Shown: positions 51,078 to 64,000 of the stretch, one piece after another
Numbering within the stretch: the first letter of the stretch is position 1
How the letters are laid out: each line of letters opens with the position of its first letter
NCBI GenBank assembly: GCA_021613535.1
Contig: CP075497.1
Location: forward strand, 4,588,001 to 4,652,000
Length of the DNA: 64,000 nt
Direction of reading: 5' to 3'
Source: Adineta vaga
Lineage: Eukaryota > Animalia > Rotifera
Notes under the pieces: generated by a model
Seen by the model: only the letters and a program-made list of their open reading frames with translations
What the model was told of the DNA's origin: nothing
Databases searched by the model: none
Program-made: the position numbers and the translations under genes

Positions 51078-54000
51078 ATGAGTACTTGGGAAAAATTTAA
51101 AGATAAACTTTCCAATCCCATTTTTCATTATGGAGTTGGTAAGAATATTTTCATTGATATGACTTCTCAAATATTCGATGAACTATTTTCTTTTTCTTAA
51201 GCAATATGTTCATTTACTGCGTCATCGCCAGATCAATTATCGTTATTATTAGGTGATAGTGTACATGTTCGAGAACAATGTGATGGTATGAAATTAATAC
51301 AATAGATGTTTTTGGAATGAAATTATTTTGCATATTTTAGAATGGTATTTTGGATCATTGGCGAATAAACCACAAGTATCAGGAATTTTTCCTAAAACTT
51401 TTGTTTATTTAAAACCAATTATTGTGGATAATAATCAGTAAGGATGAGTATTTTGAAAAGATTCCTTCGATTAATTCATATTTTTTTTAATCAGAATCAC
51501 AAGTTTTACTAATGAAGATTCTTTAGCAAGTGATTTAATTGGAATTTTACGAGAATGGGGTATATTTTGTTCAATTTATCTGAATTATCATCTTTGATTC
51601 GTTTATTTAGCACATCATATCGAACAATTCTATAAAGTATACTTGAGAAAAGTATTGAAGAGAAGTATTTTTCATGCGACGTTTTCTCTAGGATGATCAA
51701 AAAGTGAAAGTAAATATCGTATCAAAATTAATGACAGATCTTATTCGACATCGACATCGATTAATGTGTTTTTCTCATACGCAGGTTTCTTATCTTTCAT
51801 ATTTCGATTCTTTCATTCCTATCGAATACATCTATTTAGGAAGAATTAATTGAATTAAAACAAACTATTGTCGATCTCATTGATCAAGGCACACGGTAAA
51901 ATGATCGTTTTGTTGATTGATATTATAATTAATCTTTATTCGAATAGACTTTTACAATTGGATTTAATTATACGTGATAAAAATTTAAATGTTGCTAATC
52001 CATCCGATACAAGTACACATGATCTATTACATTCGTTGATGCGTATTGTAAAGAAATCTCTACATGATGTAAATTTATTTGTTGAAAATCGAAAAGAAAA
52101 ACAACTTCATTTTAGGTTGAAAAACCACGTCCGCATCCTGATTTTCAACTTGCAAATACTCAATCAATGTTAGTTACATTAGAAAAAATCGAGATATCAA
52201 TTGGTGATAATATTGAATTATGGTGTACACTATATGATTATTCATCGGATGATAGTGGTGTCGAATTAATTCCAAGTGAAACATTTGTTATTCGAGATAA
52301 AGAAGCTCTTCGTACTCAAGAACATACAGTTGCTTTTACAGATATAAGTCGTTCACGTTCAATGAAATCCATGGCAAGTCTTAATACAATATCTGTTAAA
52401 TATCTTGTCTTATATATAATTCGAACTGGACCAATGTATACCAATGATCATAATATAAAAGATTTATCCGAAGGAAATACTAATACATTAAAGAAGACTA
52501 AAAATGAAACGAATGATTTACGTCGACCGTATATGGTGGCATGTAAGATCAAAGAATTTGATGAAAGAAATTATCTTTTTGAATGAATACTTTTCTTTTT
52601 TCGAAGTAATTAATATGTCTCAACAACTTGATTGTCATAGTCGAATGAAAGCATCATCATCAGAAAAGGAATTGATTGTACCATTTGGTTTTAATACGTA
52701 ATAATTTCGAAGTTTTATTTCTTAAATTGATCTTCTCCTTCTTTTTTGTAGTTGGGATGATCGTGATACACTTGTTTCTGTATTTCAAAAAATGACGAAA
52801 TCAAATGATGTAGAATTATTAAAAAAACATACGTTAAAATTACAAATTCTAAAAGGAGGATTTCGTGAAGTAAATAAGATGGTTTTTTTTAAATTTTATA
52901 ATGAATTGAATTGATTTGTTAACATAGTTGAAAACAGATTATCCACATTTACTTCATGGTGATGTATGTGTTTGTCGTAAACTTGATTTTCCAGAAGTAA
53001 TCAATGCAGATGATCTTCGAAATGATATTTATGTGACAGTTTATGGAGCAGAATTTAGTAAAAGTGGAAATTATGAATATACAGCAGAACTTTGTGATGA
53101 AAATGAAAATCCTATATCGGTAAAATGAAATGAATTTCTACATTTTTTGCCAAAAAAATCATATGTTTGGTTTTGTAGGGTTTATTAAATGTTGGTGTGA
53201 ATTGTACAAGCGATCTTCTTCATCGATCAATTGTTTGTATTAAAACTGATAAACCAAAATGGAATGAAACATTTCGAGTAAGATACAAATTATCTTCAAT
53301 AATATCCTTCACATTCTTTTAGATTGCAATTCCATTTTCTATCAGTGCAGAAGATATGCGTCAATATCATGTTCGATTTCTATTCAAACAACGACATTCC
53401 AATGATGGTAAAATTTCTTCTTTTTAAATTATAGAAAATAACTCTTCGAATGATCCTTTTCAGTTAAAGATAAATCCGAAAAACCATTTGCATTAACATT
53501 TTTACCTTTAATTGAAAAGGCTGGAACAGTTATACAAGATGGTCATCGACATTTAGTTGTCTACAAAGTTTGTCTTGAATAAAACAAAATGTTTCTCAAT
53601 TATTTCAAAAAACATCTTTAGATTACACAACGAAAATCCGAAACAAATCTATCAGGCTATATTAATTTACAAGCTGTACAAATAAGTGCACCAATTAATT
53701 TAGCAAAAGATTCCTACAATGGTTCACATCGCTTATCACTTGATGAAGCTTCGTCACGTTTTTATCAACCATCGGATTATTTTTCTCCAAGTTATCGTGA
53801 ACATTTTCTTGTCAAAGTCAAAGTTGTTTCAACACAATTAACACAAATACGTAAGAATGAAATTCTTTTAGAATATTAATTTTAATCGATTTTTTTCATT
53901 TAGCAATTATTTTAACTCTCTTAACATGGACACCAAAAGATTCTTCAATTTATCTACTTGAATTACTTGAAAAATTTGTCGATCATCTCGGTGGAATTAA

Positions 54001-57000
54001 TCTATCGCATACAACTTTATCTGAACAACGAACATTAAATATGATCTTACCAACCGATATTATCGAACGTGCAACAGAAGTCGTGAAAAATTTACAAAAT
54101 ATTTTCGATAAACTATTCGAAATCTTAACATCACAAGAAAATGAATTGAAAACACGAGAACAAGAACAATTCGCTATTCCAATTGATCTAGATAAGATTC
54201 ATCAAACAGCATTTCATGCTTTAGTAAGACATAACTTAAAATCAAATAATAAATAAATAAATGAATTTCTTTTAGATTTGTATATTAGATTTAATTTCAA
54301 TGAAACAATTTGAATCCTTTCGAACTGTTCTTGATGATTATATTAAAAATAAGTTTAGTTCAACATTAACATACAAGTAAGTCTTTTCATCGAAGATTTT
54401 AATGTTATTTTTCGATGATTTTTAGTGTTTTACTACATTTAATCAATATTACATTGACAAAATATGTTGAACATAATCGATCTGATTTAAACATGACAGC
54501 GTATTGTGTTAAAATGTTAAAACAACTTGAATATCTTTTCAAATTAATCGTTCGTTCACGTGTTTTATATGCAAAGTAAAATTTTCGATTGAACGAAGCG
54601 AAACAAAAAAAAAAAGAATTTTACTTTAGATGGAAAAATAATGCAGATCAAAATCAATTTGATCACCTTTTGAAAAGTGTTTTACGTTCATTTACACGTG
54701 TTTTAACATTTTCCGATGATCATGCATCGGCAGCACAAGGACTTATTCTTCGATTCTATCCGTCGGTTGTTACTGAACTTCTTACAGCGAATGTATTTAA
54801 TGCTGTTATACTCAGGTAGGAGATAAGAAACAAAGAATGATTCAGACGTATGTTTGATTTTAATTAGTGAAATCACAGCACGAGAATTTCTGGCTGCATT
54901 ACCAGCAAAACGATTAACTCCTCAGAAATTACGTTGTTTAAATGATTTAGCACGTGGTTTACTTATGCAAATTCCAGGTTTGTTACGAAAACATTTTTTT
55001 ATATATATATTTGAAATTTATTTCATTCATTTAGAAAGTCGTCCAATCATTCTCAAAGTGATTGTAACTGATGTTTCGATGTTATGTAATAATTTTATAA
55101 CTGAACGACAAAATTCCGATGATTTTCGTTTATCAATGGTGAATCAACAATCATCCACTTTCTTTATTGATCAAAAAGATCGAGATCATCTAACTTTATG
55201 TTCGAAAATTGTTGGACATATCATGGATCATTTATTTACTCGAAAAGTAAATCTTATTCATCTAGATTTTCATTGATCTATTTCAATCTCTTAGACTACT
55301 GGTGATATTGCAATAATTGTAGAAAAACTTCTTCGAGTATTCATGCAAATTTTACTTGTTATTCGTGTAAAAGAACGTGATTTAGCTGTAAGTTACATGA
55401 ACAATTGTAAAGTTTTTATTCCTAAGTATATTTAGATTAATTTTGCAACTGGTATTATTGCCATACTTCGTACCATGGATGATGAACATTATATAGAATT
55501 CTTACGACAAATGGATGATATAAGTTTACATGATTTTTTTCTCGATGCATTTGGTTTAATTCGCGATCTTGTCACAATACCGATTTTTTCAAATGATTGG
55601 TCAGAAATGCTTCTATTACAAAATGCGTAAATGAATTTTTCTTCGAAAAACAATCAACAACTGAATATTTATTTAATTCTTTAGAATCTTTGTTCGTGCA
55701 ATGAATAAATTCGTCTCTCGTTTAGTAGACAATCTTGCTCATTTCAATGAACAAGTTTGTTGATGAAATCAATTCTAATTCTTAACAGAAAACTTTTTTC
55801 CGTTTTCCTCATAGTCGATCATCTTATGGCAATTATATTTCGAATGTATTGTTCAATTTCTTATTCAACCATGTTTACAATTAGAATCTTTTACAACAAA
55901 TAAACGCAAACGAATTTTATCACGATATAAAGATTTACGTATCGAAGCATCAAATGATTTGAAAACCATGTGGTTTTGTTTATGTTTGTTGAAATGAAAA
56001 AACTATTTCCATCATTCATTTGTTTTCTTTTCTTTTGATGATCTAGATGAACAACATAAATTATATTTTATTCCCAATCAAATCTATGGAATTATTCGTG
56101 TCAGTCTTCTACCTGTTCAAGATATTCGTACAGCCATGATACGAGTTTTATGCGATATGATTTATGTAATCAATAAACATAAAGAAAATTTATTAATATT
56201 TGAAAATGAATTTGTTACCGTTATGGATCGATTTGCTAATGAACCTTTAGTTGATAAAAATTTTAAAGAATATTTAATCAATGCGTATGTATTAAATGAA
56301 TTTCAAGAATTTAACATTTCTTTATTTTCTTTTTTGATAGAATTGATGATTTTTGTAAAGCAAAAAAACTTGCAAGAAATGGTTCGAAATTAGTTGATAT
56401 GATTGATAATCTTCTTTCGAGAATTATTGAATTACGTGCTGCTGTTAATGATAGTGAAACAGCAGCTTTAGATCTTCAAATGCATTGTGTCAGAAGTCTT
56501 ATGGTAAAAACGAAATTCAATTGATAATCAAAATGAAATCAACTGTTCATTTTTTTTTTAGGAATTTTATGAACGACTTGGTCATTTACCAATGTATATT
56601 AAATATATTTATCAATTATATGACATGAATTATCGTTTACAAAATAAAATTGAAGCTGGACATACGTTGATGTTACATGCAAGATTACTTGATGTATTTC
56701 ATTTGTTTGAAAAATACAAAAATATGTTGATGTATTTCATTTGTTTTAGTGGGATTCAGAGAAAATTCTAGAAGATGTTCATATAAAATATTCTCGAATA
56801 CAACAAATCGTTAAAACACATGATCAATTGAAAAAGAAATTATATACTGATATAATTCAATTGTTTGATGAAGGCGATGTAAGATTATCTTATGTTTATC
56901 TTTCTATAATGAAGAATTCTTTGTTTATAGGCTTGGGAAAAAGCGATTGAACTCTGTAAAGAATTACAAGTTCAATATGAACAATCATTTGAATATGATA

Positions 57001-59301
57001 ATCTCAGTTCATTATTAGTAAGAGAAGATATGTTCTATTTGGTGATATAAAGTTGTTGTCTTGGAATTTAGTTAAATCAAGCTCGACTCTATGTACATAT
57101 TATGGATGTGAGTAAACAACGTTTTGAACAAGAATATTTTCGTATTGGTTGTTATGGAATTGGTTTTCATGATTTTCTTCAAGTAAAATGAGAATTGTCT
57201 GTTATTTTCATTATGAAATTGATTTCTTTCTAGAATCAAGTGTTTGTTTATCGAGCTGAACCAGGTCAACGATTGAGTGATGTTCGAGAAAAACTTCAAA
57301 CTATTTTTCCACATTCAATTCTTCTTGATCCAACAATTAATATTGAAGAACATCATCGTCGAAGTGCTTCACAATGTAAAATAAACTGTTCTGAAACCAA
57401 CTTATCGTCATTGATCGTTTTCTTTTTTTTTTCTTTGAAGATGTTCAAGTACAAGTTGTTCAACCTATATCCGATGAGAAAACTAAATTTGGAAATCGAA
57501 ATATTCCTGAATCAATTCTTCGGTAAAGGATCAGATTTTCATTTGGAAGAAAATCATGTGATTTTTGTTTAGTTACTATCGTTCAAATGAAGTACGTCGA
57601 TTTACTTATACACGTTTATTTGTACATGAAGATGATCGTGATGCAACATCGGATATTGCCGTAAGATTTGATCTATTTATGTGAACAGGTTCATTTCTTG
57701 TTTATAGAAATTCTCAGCAGAAAAATATGAATTTTCTACAGCACTTTCATTACCAAATACAACTCGGTGGATCCCCGCTGGTTCATCAGCCAAAGTAAAT
57801 ATTTATTATTGAATGAATAATAAACAATTTGATTTTTTTTGTAGACCATCTTAACACCATTAGAAAATGCGGTGCATTTATTAGAAAAAACTAATCGAGA
57901 ATTAAAAGTACTTGTTGAAGCAAATGAAACTGATCGTGAACTTAATGTTACACCATTATCCGGCAAAGTTAGAAGATAATTGATTAACTCTAAACTTCAT
58001 TGATTAATCTCTTTTAGACAGCAGGTATTCTTGATGCTGCAGTGATGGGTGGTGCTAGTGTAATTGAACAAGTAAATTAAGACTTCTTCGATTGATTGAT
58101 TGATTGAAAAGAGCTAATGTTTATTTCATAGGCATTTCTATCCAATGAATATCAAATGAAACATCCTGATGATTATACACGAGTTTTGATCGAGAAAGTG
58201 AAACAATTATTGGCCGATCAAGTATTTCGAATAATATTTTATTGATTAAAATATTATTATTTCGATTTCAAATAGATTCCTTTACTCGAACGAGCATTAA
58301 TCATAATGCGACAGAAATCAAAACCAGAGATCATACCTCATGTTGATCATTTAAGTAGTCTTCTAATTCATCGACAGCGTTCTGTTGAACAATATTGTGG
58401 CAAACAAGTAAGTTTTACTTTGATATTATTTTCATACATTCATTTCTTTCAATTCAATAGACAAATAGTTTACGTTTAAGTCTCTTTATGTAAGTTTATT
58501 GATTAATAACCATTTCATATAGAAAAACTTCAATGTATATTTAGACCATCCAGTGATTTATCGTCAAATACATCAATTCATAGTCAACGTTCAAATAATG
58601 ATCCACAATTACGACAAACGGATATATCCCGTAAGTAAATCATTCATAGTCTATCAATATCATTTCTATTTTATGAATAGGAAGTCGAACATCATCAACA
58701 AATTCAACTAGTACCATCTTCAAACCAACTACAACATCTTCACCACAAAAAACACCGATTGAATTAAGAGAAGAAGTAAATAAGAAAACTATGCAAAATT
58801 TCTCGATCAATCTTTTTATTTATTTATTCAATTTAGTTAACAAGTGTACGACCACGTCGTCCACCACGTACAGCACCATCATTGAGTTCATCAGTTAGTT
58901 CTTTAGCAGGAGCATCGAATGATTCGCCGCGTTCTTCAACAACTGATATGAATATTAGCGGTCAATTTATCATAGGTAAAAATTATACAGAAATAGAAAA
59001 TTCCAATGATCTTCTATTTCATTCTTTAGCATCGGCTAGCCAAACTTTATTATCATCGGAAAGTTTAAATGTTGAATCATTTGAAGAAATAACATCATCG
59101 AAGATTAATAATAACAAAACTTCCTTGTCGCCTACTCACCAATTAGCGAATAAACTTCGTGCATTAACAAAATCTTCTGAAGTATAATTCTTCTTTTTTC
59201 TTTTTGTTTTCCAATCTTTATTTATTTTGCTTTCCTTCTAGCAATTACCCAGTGACATTCCGCCACGTCCACCACCAAAACCGCCTAAATTTTTACGTTG
59301 A
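51078..59301 (+). CDS. Dedicator of cytokinesis, DOCK-A/B class Rac GEF (SH3, DHR1, DHR2, Pro-rich tail)
   Basis: MSTWEKF...YGVAICHF...LSLLLGDSVHV...WYFG...GIFPKTFV (SH3); LREW; RKLDFPEVINADDLRNDIYVT; PKWNETF; EAGHTLMLHARLL; EYFRIGCYGIGF; DHR2 catalytic loop GILDAAVMGG; ends PPRPPPKPPKFLR*. Confidence 0.93.
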
Positions 59302-59605
59302 AATCTTCTTTTTCTAGTCAGATAAACTTCTACAAAAAATATCTTATCTTCACTTTCACTCATTTTTTTTATATTATTCTCTATGAAATAGGTCGACATT
59401 TATTTTGTTCTATAGTAATACTGTATTTCTACAGCGTGATTATTCTTCTCTCAGAAGTAAAAGAAAACACTTCTCTTTTCATTTATCTTCAAATTCAAAT
59501 ATATACAAATGAATAATATCATATGACGATTTCTTCATTTAGCGCGAATATACGCAATGGTTATATTTCATTAAATCATTCACTACATTCGAGTTGTAGA
59601 TAAAC

Positions 59606-61169
59606 ATGACTTCTAGTTTTCAAGAGATTTCTTCTTTGATTATATCAAATAGTTCATATAATAAATCAATTGAAAGTTATGATTCAATTGATCAATCGAT
59701 TTTTATTCAAATAGAAAATCACCTATCAAAATTAACCGATAAAGATGATGAATTATTTTCATCGGAATTTGATTATTTATCTCCATTATTACTCTTTCTT
59801 CTCGAACATATTCCATTAGAAATTGATTTAAATGTATTAACATCAACAGAAACGAATTATCATCAAATATCTTCAACGACAAGAAAATTATATAAACCAA
59901 ATCTTCTTCCTACGAATCAAAGTAGACCTGATTATTCATTTCAATCACAAACTATTCTGAAACATCTCTTTCAATATCTTCAAATAAAAACTCTCGAAGA
60001 ATTTCTTCAACTTAAACAAAATTCTCAACCGATTTATTTCCATTGTTTTCATCTGTTAACACCTTTATTATTGAAAACAACATATCATCAATATCCAATT
60101 GCTATGGAACTCTTTGTTCATATAATCAAATCTTTAAAACAATCATCATCATTATCCGAATCGTTTGATTTGATATTCTCTATTTGTCTGATAACATTAG
60201 ATGATCCATCCATAGATATGAAACTAATCAGTCTTTATCTATTAGATCATTTACAAAAACATTGTACATCAACGGAATTATTATTATTCAATCGTGCCAA
60301 TGTTATCATGTAAATAAAATAAAAACGAGTGAGATATAAAGATTGAAGGATTAAACTAATTGAAATAGTTTCGAGGAAAAACATTTGGATATTTCTTCTC
60401 TGAGTATATGAGCAATATCAAATGAACGATGTTCTTTATAGACAAAATACAACATCACATATGATATTTGACGATCGTAAGTATCATCTCTCTCTCTCTC
60501 CTCATTCTCACATGTAGTTCCATGCACGCTTCTTCATTTTCTGAAATTGAATTAACACTATAGAATAACATTTCATTCAGGTATGGTCTGGAACAAAATC
60601 TACATCGTCGTGGTGATCGACTACCATTTTTTGAATGTTTATTAGCCACAACATTTCGTTGGTTAATCATTCTTGAAAATGAAGTTTATTCGGGTAAACA
60701 TTTATTCATTCGTACAAGTCAATTGATCGAACGATTTATTCGTGATGCTATATTAGAAACCAATATTGAATATCGTCGTTGTCTGTTGAAAATACTTCGA
60801 AGTTATTTAAATCGTCTTCAATTATTTGCTATTCGACATTTAAATCATTTTCTTGAACTTATTGATGATTCAATCGATAATCGATCATTAAGATATAGTT
60901 CTTTCGAATTTCTTCTATTGATAATTCAAATATTAAAACCAAGGATTAATGTTCATCGATTAGATATTATGAAAATAATCATTCGTTGTTTATTTCGAAT
61001 CTTTCACGAAGAAAAAGACAATGTTTCATTGATAAATCTAGTAAAAACTTGTTTAAAAGAATTACAATTATCTACAAAGGAAAATTATGTTCAAGATGCA
61101 TTTCAATCATTAATTGAAACAACTGAGTTAGATTTATCTTATCGAGAATTTTTACAAACATTTCTGTGA
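59606..61169 (+). CDS. TTI2: TELO2-interacting protein 2 (exons 59606-60309, 60581-61169)
   Basis: LITLDDPSIDMKLISLYLLDHLQKHCTSTELLLFNRANVIM|YGLEQNL resembles TTI2 LLISDDY..ENKILGVHCLHHI...LLQYNRAQVLY; ETNIEYRR...LQLFAIRHL...KPRI. Confidence 0.8.
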
Positions 61170-62229
61170 CTTGCCTTTTTCTTTTAATAAACATTTTGTG
61201 ATACTCGGAAAAAGAAATGTTTTTAATTTAGTCGACTGCAGATGGCTTGCAAGGCAAATGTTCGAGTTTAATTATTTAAAATCAAGTACTTTTGTCAATC
61301 CTCTTGACACGAGAGAATTTCACGCCCTTTCACAATCAAGTTTAATATGGTTTTACTCCTTTTTTTCTTTTCAAAGATTGTTGAAAAAGACGAGAGTGAA
61401 AATTGAAATGATTGTTCATAAAACTTATTTGAAACTGTCACAGGAGAAGTTCCATCATATTTTGAAAAGTTTTCTTTCCTATTCTGCTCTAGAACATTTT
61501 TCTTTCTCTTACTTGAAAATATATTCTTTGATGTGTCACGAATAAACAGAAAAGAGAAACTAATCCCTTCTCTCTATGTGCAAGAAAGAATCTCTAGAAT
61601 TGTTAAGTATATACAGACATATACAATTAATGATTAGCTTGAAGGAATACTTTCAAAAGTCAGTTTCATTTTCTTTCTACTTCGTCGTCGTCGTCGTCTT
61701 ATTATTATTATTATTTCATCTTCGCTGTCATTTTCTTTACTTTAATCAGTCAAGTTGATGATCGACGAAGAATAAACAGAAAAAAAAATTGAGAAAGGCT
61801 ACGATCGTCAAAGTTGCTGGCATTCTGCATTCTCTCTTTTGTTTTGTCACAAGAAGGTTACTTCTGTAGGCGGAAGGAACAAACGAGAATTCGTCTCCAT
61901 TAGCGTCATTTGTCAATACTCGCTTTGATAGACATCTTATATTAGGAAAGGAAAAAGAAATTTACGGTTTTTGACAAACTTACAAAGAAAAAATAGAAGA
62001 AAAATTTTTATATCGAATAGAAAATAGGTTAACTGTTGTCATAATCAAAACGGTAATTTTTTTACACAATATCAACGCTCCGAGAGTTTACTATTCTTTC
62101 TTAATTTTTGTTTTTCTTCTTCGTGTTAAGATAACCTATAATCTTTCGCATACCATCATCATTTTCCAAGGTAAGATTTTAAACTTGAGATTTCAATAAA
62201 AGAAATCTATCAAGTACAATTCTAGTACC

Positions 62230-63516
62230 ATGACAACTGAAAAAACTCACAATGAATCAAGTATAATTGATCGTCTCGCATTGAGTCGTGCTCAACATCT
62301 GAAATCTCGCAATAATCGTCGAAAATCTATATCTGATGAAGAAGATGATGCCATATCTGATTGGTCAGAATCAGATCTTGAATGTAGTCCATTGAGTGAT
62401 TTTGAATCGACATCAAATATCGATGGTACAACAGAATGTAATTATTATGATATACCATTTGATGATATCAATGATCAAATCGATGAAATCTTGCCGACAG
62501 AATCTGATTTACTTGCGAATGGATTACGTTTAAGTGACACAGCTTTACCGGTAATCAATGATAGTACAACAAGTACTCGTATATCATTTTCAACTGATAT
62601 AGACAGATTTAAACAACAAGAACAATCGTTGAATATCAACAATAAACAACCATCGACACAAATTCGAAAACCACCACAGACACCTTTATTACCTGCAAGA
62701 CGAATTCAAACTAAACAAGTATCGCCACGTCGTTTAACAGCAAATTCTCATATTTTACCTCCATCAACTCATGTATCATATAATCGTAAAACGATAACAC
62801 CAAGTCATTCACGTTTATATTTACGTCGTGGAACAGTATCAACTAATATGAGTACAAATACTCATTCAACAAAAGAATCAACTTCATCATCAAATAGTTC
62901 TATTCAAAGTAATGATGAAAATCATCATCATCATCATCACCATCATCCTCCTCCTTCGCTCTCTACGCATCAAAGACATGTTACAGTTTCACCAAATTTT
63001 AGTCATACATCGACAAATAATAATAATGTTATTTCACGTATTTACGAAGTGAAAAAACTCTATGTTGATGATTATGATTATGGTCGTTTAAGTGATTTAA
63101 CGATGGTCAAAAGTGTTCCATCACGTAGTCGACAAAAATGGGGTACTATCGTTCATCCACCATTTCCATTAGGCTATCAACATATCCCACCTGAACAAGT
63201 CTCACAAACTGTTGAACGTCTTACAAGTCCCGTTCGACGTCGTGATCGACATACGCCTGTTCAAACACCATCAAAACGTTTTCTATCTGTTGAAGAAACA
63301 GATGCATTGGTAACACAATTATTCCGATTTATTCATCAAGTTGAAATTCAACTTTTTCTCTTTTTTGTTTTGTAGATAAGTCGATTAACTAAAGTCAAAC
63401 CAATTCGATCTCCCGATCAATATTGGCCGATTCATCAACAAACTCGTGCTGTAAAAAGTTTAAATAATACATTAAAAACAAGTAATAATTGGAAAGGTGT
63501 TGGCATATCAGCCTGA
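62230..63516 (+). CDS. Hypothetical low-complexity protein (exons 62230-63309, 63376-63516)
   Basis: Long ORF with an acidic then Ser/Thr/Arg-rich region and a His tract. A phase-0 GT-AG intron joins a last exon ending NWKGVGISA*. Likely 5'UTR intron at 62171-62225. Confidence 0.75.
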
Positions 63517-63792
63517 ATGATTTCATTTCAATGTTGTTATTTTTTTTCTTGAACTTCAGGGTTTCCTATGCGTTGTGCTTTTTCTCGAAAAGAAATACAT
63601 TTTTTTTTCATTAGAATTCAACTAAAAAGAACTGAAATCGGTTTTGTGGCTTTACCATTTTAATTAAAACCCATGTATATAATCATTTTACTTTTCGTTT
63701 TTATTCGAACAAACACAATAACAAGAAAAGATGAAGATAACTAATCAATGTGTTTGTCGGTTGTTAGGGGTGTTATATATGTTTCCTTTTCT

Positions 63793-64000
63793 TTATTGTT
63801 TTTCATGAACAGCTTGTGCCATAAATAATTTCGCTAACCCTTGTGCTGCAAATTGTGTGATATTATCACATTGATTATTGATGTGAGAAGCATTGAGTAA
63901 TGCATTACGTCTTGATTGTGAATAACCTTTTGTCATACGATCGAAATCTTCTTCATTTCCATCATTGCGACGATTTGAATCACGTTGATTACGACGACTT
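63793..64000 (-). CDS. EIF3H: Translation initiation factor 3 subunit H, 3' end (partial)
   Basis: RRNALLNASHINNQCDNITQFAAQGLAKLFMAQAVHEKQ* matches eIF3h [35 protein letters not shown]. Confidence 0.85.
   Translation of the reverse strand, partial: SRRNQRDSNRRNDGNEEDFDRMTKGYSQSRRNALLNASHINNQCDNITQFAAQGLAKLFMAQAVHEKQ

Noticed and set aside
50950-51080. Acceptor directly before the DOCK ATG (and similarly before TTI2) as trans-splice sites
   Set aside because: Upstream GT dinucleotides could serve as ordinary 5'UTR intron donors, unlike the NDUFB8 case.
61171-61758. ORFs 61171-61545 and 61576-61758
   Set aside because: Phe/Leu-rich translations of AT-rich UTR or intergenic sequence with no homology cues.

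Overview
AT-rich eukaryotic (animal) genomic DNA. Genes are densely packed and split by very short (mostly ~50-65 nt) GT-AG introns. This layout, plus intronless bacterial-looking genes and a vWA/alpha-kinase-type relic, suggests a bdelloid rotifer (inference). The ORF track gives only exon fragments, so I spliced genes by hand. In order: SPICE1 (-); head-to-head with it, a DZANK1-like N-terminus fused to an eight-repeat annexin (+); a short ERICH3-N-terminus-like gene (+); an intronless TPR gene (-); an orphan single-TM gene (-); intron-containing carbonyl reductase CBR1-like (-); an intronless bacterial-type SDR (-); RBX1 (+); NDUFB8 (+); MADD (+); a neuropeptide precursor (+); a stanniocalcin-like secreted protein (-); a 55-aa secreted peptide (+); a ~7.6 kb ORF-poor gap; calcium-channel alpha2delta (+); cofilin (-); MITE-like elements and a vWA pseudogene; GOSR2 (+); STMND1-like (+); DOCK-A/B GEF (+); TTI2 (+); an orphan low-complexity gene (+); and the 3' end of EIF3H (-). 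The strongest leads are (1) the DZANK1-octad-annexin fusion in an apparently RFX-regulated ciliary gene cluster, (2) an operon-like RBX1-NDUFB8 pair with an unpaired splice acceptor, (3) an unclassified neuropeptide plus secreted-peptide cluster, and (4) candidate horizontally acquired genes. All homology calls come from recalled motifs; no database search was run.
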